A stretch of DNA of 56,348 bases from a virus (Duplodnaviria; Caudoviricetes). The position numbers were made by a program, and so were the translations under genes. The notes below the pieces were generated by a model, which worked only from the letters and a program-made list of their open reading frames with translations, had not been told where the DNA came from and made no database searches. Each line of letters begins with the position of its first letter. Position 1 is the stretch's first letter. Where the stretch lies: the IMG/VR virus record IMGVR_UViG_3300025030_000129, positions 1 through 56,348 of that record; one strand, 5' to 3'. Shown piece by piece: positions 9,329-17,300 of the stretch.

Positions 9329-9383
9329 AATTTACAACCTGTTAATTATCCTATTTACAATTTACATAATGTTAATTATCCTA
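9329..9383. promoter_or_regulatory. putative operator pair (25-bp imperfect direct repeat, 30-bp period)
   Basis: aatttaca-acc/taa-tgttaattatccta at 9329-9353 and 9359-9383, between divergent HTH genes. Confidence 0.7.
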
Positions 9384-9414
9384 ACATTAAACATACACTA
9401 ACAGGAGGTGTACC

Positions 9415-9786
9415 ATGTTAAAACAGGCACGTAAGGCACAAAATAAATCACAGAAAGATTTCGCCGCAATCCTCGGTGTAACGCAACAAACCATATCCAG
9501 CTGGGAAACCACGGGTGATATACCGGAGGATCGCCGGGATGAGGTGTACCGGCTTTACCGAATCGATCCGGATAACGTCATGCCCGATGTTTCCGAATCG
9601 GATCGCGAACTGATCGCCCTGCTCCTGCGCTACGGCAATATGGCCTTGAAAGAGGAGCTCCGTGACAAACTCGAACGTATGAAATCGCTTACGCCTTCCG
9701 GGTCGAGTAATAGGCCCGGAGGTAGTCGTTCGCTGTCGCCGCACCTTCGGGCGAGTTATAGTACCGCTTCAGATATTCGGCTATGA
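9415..9786 (+). CDS. XRE-family (CI-like) repressor
   Basis: AGGAGG SD; LKQARKAQNKSQKDFAAILGVTQQTISSWE HTH. Confidence 0.85.
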   Translation: MLKQARKAQNKSQKDFAAILGVTQQTISSWETTGDIPEDRRDEVYRLYRIDPDNVMPDVSESDRELIALLLRYGNMALKEELRDKLERMKSLTPSGSSNRPGGSRSLSPHLRASYSTASDIRL

Positions 9787-10165
9787 GCGGCGTATCCGTC
9801 GGGATTTCCCCCGGTGACCGGTACAGTTTCAGCCGGGCGTGGATCGCCCCGTATATATCGTGCCAGGTAAGGGCGTCGAGATCCGGCCCGTCGATCCCGG
9901 TAATCTCGCGGATCTGGCGGGCAAGGTCCGGTCGGCGATCGATGAAGTTCCGGTAATTATCGGTCAGCGTTGCCGGTTCGATCTGGAACACCCCGCGCGC
10001 CGGGCCGTTACCGATCTGCCGTCGGTATTTACCCATCTTCGATTCGTGAGCAGCGGCCATGATCAGGGCGGTTTCGGCCGCAGGTGACCACAACGGGTGG
10101 CGGGTGGCGGTAATCGGTACCAGAGCGATATGAATTATTCGACTGAGTGATTCGGCGGTGAACAT
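9689..10165 (-). CDS. endolysin, lysozyme/transglycosylase-like
   Basis: AAHES (catalytic Glu) ...GPARGVFQIEPAT...YLKRYYN; last gene of the late operon. Confidence 0.75.
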   Translation of the reverse strand: MFTAESLSRIIHIALVPITATRHPLWSPAAETALIMAAAHESKMGKYRRQIGNGPARGVFQIEPATLTDNYRNFIDRRPDLARQIREITGIDGPDLDALTWHDIYGAIHARLKLYRSPGEIPTDTPLIAEYLKRYYNSPEGAATANDYLRAYYSTRKA

Positions 10166-10326
10166 GGCGTAGATTCCTCTTCAATGGCAATGGTGAGACA
10201 GCGTTTTAACACGCGGGCCTCGATAGCAGCGTCGACGCCGGCCGGGATAACGACACCTGCGGCGTCACGAATCGGTACCCGTTCGGCAACAGTGAGCAAT
10301 TCGCGGATTCGGTCGGATGTGGTCAT
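10135..10326 (-). CDS. hypothetical protein
   Basis: ATGA overlap with the upstream gene (MTTSDRIRELL...). Confidence 0.55.
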   Translation of the reverse strand: MTTSDRIRELLTVAERVPIRDAAGVVIPAGVDAAIEARVLKRCLTIAIEEESTPCSPPNHSVE

Positions 10327-10634
10327 TCGTGCCCCCGAGGACAACAGACCGCTTGACACTTTTCGATAGCGTCCCATAGATTTTTATGGACCTTTTCATG
10401 GTCTTCTTTCAATTTATCCAAATCTGTTTTTCCTTCGGTACGTAGCTCTTTTATCGCGTCAATCAGTTTATCGTTTGACGCCCGTAGATCCCGCCACATA
10501 AAACCCATCGCTGCGATAAATAACCCACCAACCGCAGCGATACCCGGCCAGTCGGCGGCACCGGTGATAGTATACGTACCAGGTGTGAGGCTACGGAGAA
10601 CTGTCATCAACTGGTCAAACTGATCTGGCTGCAT
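10323..10634 (-). CDS. holin-like single-TM protein with coiled coil
   Basis: TM segment WPGIAAVGGLFIAAMGFMW followed by charged coiled coil; TGATG start overlap; lysis context. Confidence 0.6.
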   Translation of the reverse strand: MQPDQFDQLMTVLRSLTPGTYTITGAADWPGIAAVGGLFIAAMGFMWRDLRASNDKLIDAIKELRTEGKTDLDKLKEDHEKVHKNLWDAIEKCQAVCCPRGHE

Positions 10635-11110
10635 CAATTTCGTACCTCGTCAAGTCGGAATTTTGCCCGAGCCAACCGGTTGAGGCGGTCACGGACGATA
10701 GGGTTTTTCCATGGATCCTCGCTGGCAGGGGAGAAATTCCGCCAGCCGATCCATGAGGAAACGGCCCCGTAATAAATGGTACAACGGGCCAGTGCCTTGA
10801 CCAGTTCCCACCCGTCAAGCCGTGACCACAGAAACGATACGAGGTTTTTTAAAAATCGATTATTTGCCGTTTGAAATGCCGCGTAGGTGTTCTGAGCGAC
10901 CGCCCAGGAACAATCGTGGTCAAGTCACAACGGGGATATACAGATTCCGCCTATGATGTCCGGTACGAGTCGGTCACCGATACCGTCGCCCGCCCCGCAG
11001 AACGTGGGCCACATATTGAGCGGTAGGTCGGGTTCATCGGGCATGAGGTGTTCGAGAAAATCGGCGACTTCCATTTGTGCGCCGTACCGGATGATTTTGA
11101 CCGTTTTCAT
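10634..11110 (-). CDS. putative selenoprotein, phospholipase A2/DUF1353-like (in-frame TGA at 10925-10927 = candidate Sec62)
   Basis: MKTVKII...FCGAGDGIGDRLVPDIIGGICISPL-TGA-LDHDCSW...ANNRFLKNL...IYYGAVSSWIGWRNF...EVRN*; frame stays open 96 codons past the TGA; TGATG overlaps at both ends; SECIS-like hairpin downstream. Confidence 0.75.
10888..10912 (-). promoter_or_regulatory. bacterial SECIS-like element
   Basis: UGUU(C)CUGGGC-GGUC-GCUCAG-AACA begins 12 nt 3' of the UGA; apical loop 23 nt from the UGA and starts with G. Confidence 0.7.
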
Positions 11111-11235
11111 CACAGCACCGCCGCCAGAAATTGCAGGACTATCTCCCGCTGTTCCGGGGTAAGGATGGTTGAGCCGAGCGCCGCTGCAGCCCCGAAAACT
11201 GCCGTTGTTAATGCAATGATTCTTACTTTCGTCAT
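11110..11235 (-). CDS. 41-aa hydrophobic peptide (holin/antiholin-like)
   Basis: GGAGG SD; MTKVRIIALTTAVFGAAAALGSTILTPEQREIVLQFLAAVL; stop overlaps the next ATG. Confidence 0.7.
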   Translation of the reverse strand: MTKVRIIALTTAVFGAAAALGSTILTPEQREIVLQFLAAVL

Positions 11236-11262
11236 TTCGACCTCCAGGCCAAAATATTAATC

Positions 11263-11451
11263 TCAGTTTTCGCACGCCTCATCGCGTGAGCACAATTCGA
11301 TCATCCGCCCTTCACCGGCTGATTTAATCGAGTAATAGATGCACACATCCGGCGTCGCGGCACCGCGAGCGCAGACACCGGGGCAATTATCATCGCGGAG
11401 CGTCCGGACCCCGTGCTCGTCGGTATGCGGGTGTGTGGTTATCTCGATCAT
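11263..11451 (-). CDS. small Cys-rich hypothetical protein
   Basis: MIEITTHPH...; 5 Cys; ATGA overlap with the lipoprotein gene. Confidence 0.55.
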   Translation of the reverse strand: MIEITTHPHTDEHGVRTLRDDNCPGVCARGAATPDVCIYYSIKSAGEGRMIELCSRDEACEN

Positions 11452-12230
11452 CGCGGCCACACCTGAGTGTCGCCGAGCCAGATTTTGCCGTCGCGGATCT
11501 CGGTATCGTAGCCGTAATCGGTGATAAAACAGCCGTTGATTTCCTCGATCGTGCAAGTCCTGCCGCCGGCGCATGTGGTGCATTGCTCGTACTGCGCGGC
11601 GGTGATGGCCCCGGATGACTCGGTTTTCCCGGACCCCGCGCCGCCGCCAGCATTCGCGGACGATTCCCCAGACGCGGTGGCCTGATTGATCGTCACCTGT
11701 GCGTTGTCCGTGGCCATCACCCTCTGCCCCTGTGCCGCCCCTCGTGCCGCTTGGCCTACGGTATAGCCGACAGCTCCGGCAAGGCCGGTTGGCGATTCGA
11801 CCATGCGGGCGACACCTCCGAGGACCGCTTCCGTGCCTTCGGCAAATCCGCTTTTCGGCATCGGAGTAGGCTGCAATTGAGCGAGGGGATTTTGTTTCCC
11901 ACCGGCCAGGGCAATCACCGCATCGCCCAGGATACGCATGTTCTGGTACGCGGCCCATGCGGCTATTTTTTCTGGAGTGTCGAGGACGATCTGCATGTTG
12001 CCTGCTTCAACGGCTTTGGCTTTTGCCTCTTCACGCTCGGCAATCGCAACGGCTTTGATGGCGTCAACTTTTTTGCCCTCGACTGAAGCCCACGCGTCAT
12101 ATCGCCCCTTGCCGGTAGACTCTGTGCTGATGTCGCCAATAAACGGCAGGTCGAGGTTGCTGCTTCCGCCGCCTTCACCGGCACAACCGGAAAGCGGGAG
12201 CAGGGCCAGGAGGATGAGTATGTTTTTCAT
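11448..12230 (-). CDS. lipoprotein (possibly spanin-related)
   Basis: MKNILILLALLPLSG-C lipobox; GAGG SD. Confidence 0.7.
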   Translation of the reverse strand: MKNILILLALLPLSGCAGEGGGSSNLDLPFIGDISTESTGKGRYDAWASVEGKKVDAIKAVAIAEREEAKAKAVEAGNMQIVLDTPEKIAAWAAYQNMRILGDAVIALAGGKQNPLAQLQPTPMPKSGFAEGTEAVLGGVARMVESPTGLAGAVGYTVGQAARGAAQGQRVMATDNAQVTINQATASGESSANAGGGAGSGKTESSGAITAAQYEQCTTCAGGRTCTIEEINGCFITDYGYDTEIRDGKIWLGDTQVWPR

Positions 12231-12272
12231 TTTTACCTCTGTGTTAGTCAAAAGATTGCTGATAGTTTTTAA

Positions 12273-14075
12273 TCAGTCACCGACATACCGCTTTATAGCT
12301 GCCGCTTTGGCGCTCATATCGACGCTGTATAATGCTGCCGCCTTGGTGCCGCCGAACAGGTAGGTATCGTCTGCGAGAGACGCAAGAGCAGCAAGGGCAG
12401 CGGCATCATCGGCCATCGTTTTGCCCACTCCGTCAGCATCATATACGGCATTATCAACTCCGGTTCTGGCGATAATTTCAGGGGCAGACGGCCATCTAAT
12501 GGGGTCGCGAAGCAGAGAATATTTGACACGCCCGGCTTTTTGGAGAGTATTGCCCATGGCATCGGCTGAACCAGCGGAGAGGGCTGGCTGTTTCCCAGTT
12601 AGGATAAACATGGCAGTAGGTGTTGGCTCCCAAGTATCTCCGGTGTATGGGACGTTTGCAATCAACCAATCTGCAATTCGCTGGTGCCCTGCCCGGTTTA
12701 AGTGGGTAGCGTCGGCGATGAATAAGGAGGGGTCTTGCGCCCCATTACCATCAGAACAGAGCGCCCTGGTATCGACATACTGCAATCCCAATTCCGCCGC
12801 CTTTGCCTCTAGCCAGGTGTTATAACTCACACACCACGGGTCATACAGAGGACCGATATCGGAGTAGTTTATCGAAAAAACAACCACATTATCCGCCAGC
12901 AACAGAGCTTTGGTTATCAATTCCTCCATTGTGGCCCGCATTGCTGTATTAGGGTCGGCGGGAATCAAACTCGCCTGGTAACAGTCATTTAACCCACCCT
13001 CTAAAAAGATCGTCCCGGCTTTAACCGCGTTTGCATCAAATTTTGCTGATATTTGCGCCAACGTGTCTCCTGACACGCCGTAGTTTATATAAATCGCGCC
13101 TTTGCCGCGCCCGTAAATGCTGGTATATGTCCTGCTGTTGGAGTTAATTCCGGGTGCGTCGGCCCGCGCAAAAGCACATATTGAATCCCCGAATGATAGC
13201 AGCCCGCCGACCGTCGGAAAATCAAACCGAGCGCAACCGGCAGTCACGTTACTGACAACATCGGTTGTGCCGTTTCTCAGCCCAGCCTGCAAGTTCATCG
13301 CCACCGTTGACACCCACTCCATGGTGGCTATTTCAGTGTCGGAGTCGGTTATGGCAAACGATTTCACAATCTCGGTGAATGGAGATGAGGTCATTGCGAT
13401 GTGCAGTCTAATTATCTGATCAGCGCGGGTTACTGCGCTTATCGGTATCGTTAATCTAACCAGTCGGCCGATGGTTACAGGGATATTTTGCTGAGTCACT
13501 AGGGCGTTTTTGCTGGCGGCAAACGATACCACGTTACCAGCGGCAACCGTTGTCCCGCTGGTTTTTGCCCAAGCGGCATTAGTCATATCACACGATTGCC
13601 GAAAATAGTTGTACCTCTCACTATAGCCAATCTGATTTAGCCAATCAGAGCCGACCGTTAGGCTCTCGACAATCGCATTGTTGAGGGTGTATCCCGTAAG
13701 GGTGAGGTGCCGACCATTGCCTGATACATCAAACATCACGGCAACGGTTGTGCTGATTCGCGTGGGGTATTCGTAGTGCGACCCATTGCTGAGGACAAAA
13801 CTGTACAATGTGCCGTCTGATACATATATTCGTCCGGCGGCGACTGTCAGTGTTGCAGCAGTGCCGGTTTTGCTGACGACAGTCTCGGTCCCGACAATTG
13901 TTGAGCTAGCTAAATATCCGGAATTATCCCCCAGCAGATACCATTTCTTTTGCACGGCTCTGCTCGATATGCCGGTATCATCAATCAGTCCGTTCGACAC
14001 CAACGCCTTAAACGACAATCCCGTAGTCGGCAACCGCAACCCACCACCGCCAAGCGATAAACCGAATCCTAGCAT
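12273..14075 (-). CDS. tail/virion protein with SGNH (GDSL) hydrolase domain
   Basis: Blocks FGDSI, NYGVSG, GGLND, DATHLNRAGH. Confidence 0.8.
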   Translation of the reverse strand: MLGFGLSLGGGGLRLPTTGLSFKALVSNGLIDDTGISSRAVQKKWYLLGDNSGYLASSTIVGTETVVSKTGTAATLTVAAGRIYVSDGTLYSFVLSNGSHYEYPTRISTTVAVMFDVSGNGRHLTLTGYTLNNAIVESLTVGSDWLNQIGYSERYNYFRQSCDMTNAAWAKTSGTTVAAGNVVSFAASKNALVTQQNIPVTIGRLVRLTIPISAVTRADQIIRLHIAMTSSPFTEIVKSFAITDSDTEIATMEWVSTVAMNLQAGLRNGTTDVVSNVTAGCARFDFPTVGGLLSFGDSICAFARADAPGINSNSRTYTSIYGRGKGAIYINYGVSGDTLAQISAKFDANAVKAGTIFLEGGLNDCYQASLIPADPNTAMRATMEELITKALLLADNVVVFSINYSDIGPLYDPWCVSYNTWLEAKAAELGLQYVDTRALCSDGNGAQDPSLFIADATHLNRAGHQRIADWLIANVPYTGDTWEPTPTAMFILTGKQPALSAGSADAMGNTLQKAGRVKYSLLRDPIRWPSAPEIIARTGVDNAVYDADGVGKTMADDAAALAALASLADDTYLFGGTKAAALYSVDMSAKAAAIKRYVGD

Positions 14076-14076
14076 G

Positions 14077-14325
14077 TCACATCACCAAAAGCGAACAGGA
14101 CGTATCGGACGTATACGTATTTCCAGGCACTATACCAATCGGAAAATACGCCACCAGAGGAAATTCCGTACCACCGTTAATCTTCAGGTTCACGTCCACT
14201 GTGGCCACGAAAAACTTATCGCCGTTGGTCGGGGTCCACGCTTCGGTAGCAACAATAGCCTGTACCCTACGTGCAACAAAACCCTGGATAGGCTGGTTCG
14301 AGGTATCACGGTTTAATTTTCCCAT
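14077..14325 (-). CDS. small beta-rich virion protein
   Basis: AAGGAG SD; directly upstream of the SGNH gene. Confidence 0.65.
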   Translation of the reverse strand: MGKLNRDTSNQPIQGFVARRVQAIVATEAWTPTNGDKFFVATVDVNLKINGGTEFPLVAYFPIGIVPGNTYTSDTSCSLLVM

Positions 14326-17300
14326 TTTTTACTCCTTTTAAGGTACTCGGTTTGTACGTTTACGATTTTTTCTTCAATCAATTTCGTCGGTCTTCCGGTT
14401 GCTTCTGCTTTATTACGTGCTTCCCGTAGTTTCGTAAGCGTACTCTCCGCATCCTTTACCAAGCTTACCATTTTATACCGCGGATCGGAAGCCATTTTTT
14501 TACGGGTATCCGCGTCAGCAGCAAGATAATTTTGACGGAATCGTTCAACCTGGTCGGCCGATTCGTAATATCGTTCCGATATCGAACGGTTGGACCACTG
14601 CCCGTACACCCGCCGAGCGAACGGAATTTTCGCCGGTTCTACAGGTTCGTCACCGGTAATCGCTTGTATTGGCGTGACTACGGAATCTTTCAGGAACCGG
14701 CCGGCCGAACCGGTAACCGTTTCGTACATCAGTTCGATCACCTCGGGAGAGATGTCGACTGCAGCGGTGTTGTCGTACTCGCCCTGACCACCCGTGAGCC
14801 GGTGCAGCCCTTGGGCGATATTTTTCGCGATACCCGATGTGGACTTCCAGTACCGGTAGGCATCGGCTTTACCGGGACCGAACGGTGATTCTTTCGGCAT
14901 GAGGTCCGAGCCGGACCACGTTTTATTCTCGCCGACCATGACGAACGGATCGACGACGGTCGGGGCGAGAGCCTGGGTCACCGTGGCCGATTGCAGCGGG
15001 TTGAAGCTGTTCAGTGCCATCGTCACGGTACGCATTGCCGCTTTTGCCGCATCGTATTTTCGGCCGGTGGCGGCAGTATGGAACCCCCGTACGATCTCGG
15101 CACCGACGTTGTAAAACAGATTGTACCCGTATGGCATGGGGATTTTCGCGAATTTACCACCACTGTCGGGGATCATGATAATCATATTCCGTTCCCGGAT
15201 AAAATCCGGTATCCCGTCGACGAACGGTTCACCGGTTTCATCGTCCCCGCCCGTGGCGTAGGCGAGTAGTTGCAGGGTGGCACCCGTGACCACAATGCCG
15301 CCGACGATCACCCGGACCCGTGGGGAACGACTGACGGCCTTAATCATCCGGACGTTGCCCTGAACGCCCGCGTTGAAAAACATGTACAGGGCGTTAATCG
15401 CCGGGGAATCGGCACCGCGCCGGGTGAAGTCTACGGTGAGGTTCGAGGCGGTGAGGGCGGCACGTGAAGGGGTGGCGCCGGATTTAATCATCTGGTCGTA
15501 GAACGCCAGGCGGACCCCGTTTTCCACGGCGGTATTGGTGCGGCTGATTGCGTCGCCGATAACCCGCAGGGATTTCTTCGGGATGTGCCCGTCGCGATAC
15601 AGGTCCATCGTCGATTCGATCTGTTTCGCCAGATCCTTGATTCCGTCGTACGACTGCATCCAACCGATTTTTCCGCCGTTCGCGGCGAAGTCCCGGTATA
15701 CCTTGCCCCAGTATGTTCCAGCTTTGCCATATTCGGCGCCGAGAATTCCCCGGATCGCCGGGAACACGTTTTTCAGAACGCGACCCTGTAACCCGCGGGC
15801 CTCGGTATCTTCCATGTGGACGCCAGCGGTCTGAATATCGCGGGTGAAGTTCGACAGCACGAATTCCGGGGACAGTGTGGTGTTCACCATCGCGAGTATC
15901 CGGATCATCTTCGACAGTGCCGCCATCGGTCCGCTGAGATTCGCGTCGGCGTTTTTAATCGATTCGAGGAATCGATTGGTGGTCGGATTCTTCGTGTCGA
16001 ACGTCAGGGTAAACCGTTCCCCATCAACCCGGATGTACAGTTCGTTATCCGCTTCCCTCGGCGCCGTGTACATCACGATATTCCCGTCGGCATCATGAGT
16101 CGGGTTTTTCGCCTGTTTGCCAACGGTGATCCCGGCGTCCGGATTCTCGCGGGCGAAATTCACTAGCACCCGGCCAGCATCGGCTTTGTGTTTGCGGGTG
16201 ATCGCCGTCTGGACGTTCTGGATCGAATGGGCGAGGATGTGGACGACTTCCAGCATGGAACCCTTGGCCACCTTAATCGGGCTGCCGGTTGGTCCGGTGA
16301 CGCGGCCTGTTGCCGGCCGGGTATCGTCCTCGATGTCGCGGTGGAGCGGCACGTAAAATTCGTAGCCGTCGACCAGACTGCGGTATTCCACATCGGACAG
16401 CTGGCCCGATTCGCGCAGGATGTCGAGTTTCAGTTGCCCCAGGTCGAGCAGTTGTTGATGGGCTACGGTGAGCGCCTGGAACCGTGGATCGGCAGTCCAG
16501 CGGTTGACGATATCGTTTGCCTCGGCGTCCGTGATCCCGGCGAACCGGGGCGATTCGAGTTCCCAGCGATCACGGACGGCTTCGATTTCGTCCAGGTGTT
16601 TCGACCGGGCATCGAGCCGTTTCTGCAGGTTGTCGGGGGTACCTTTCAGCACTTCGGCGGCGGTAAATATTCGCTGACTTAACTCCGTCTGACGTGTGGC
16701 CACATCTGCTCGTTGGGTCGCGATACCGGTGAACAGGTCGTCCAAGACTTCCAGGTAACGATCCTGTCGATCGGCGCGGGTACCGCCGGTCATCAGCACA
16801 TCGGAACGGATATCGATCAACCGTTCCTCCAAGGCGGCACGTTCGGCACTGTTCAGGTGCGCGGCGGCCATATCGATGAATCGTTTGGCGTTGACCTGTT
16901 GCATCCGTTTGTTCCGCTCGGGCGCGTGTTTCGCGTGGGCGTATTCGTCGAGATCTGCCGGGGCCAGTTTGGCCCGGGCGAGTCCTGCGAGGAGCGGTTC
17001 GGCGGTGGTTTTCATGAACTGTTCTGCCTCGTCCGCCGTTTTCTTACCGCGCAGTCGTTCGATGGTGAGGATATCGGTATTCTCGGACAGGTTCTCGGAC
17101 AGGTTCACCACATCGGCCCGTTTCAGTACCCGGCGCCGGGGATCATCCTTATCGATTGCCGAGTAGAGAAACCGTTCCCATTGGTCCGACAGGTTCGGAT
17201 GTTTCGCGAGAAACCGGTCAATGGCGTCGGGTTGGGTCGTGGTGGGTGATTGGGCGTAGAGGGTCGATTCGAGGGACTGGTGCGCCACGTTCTCCACCGA

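Noticed and set aside
10925-11275. ORF-track 116-aa protein MRKLRLIF...
   Set aside because: Its 5' part overlaps a better 41-aa gene that has an SD; the likely start is 11110 and the gene continues past the TGA.
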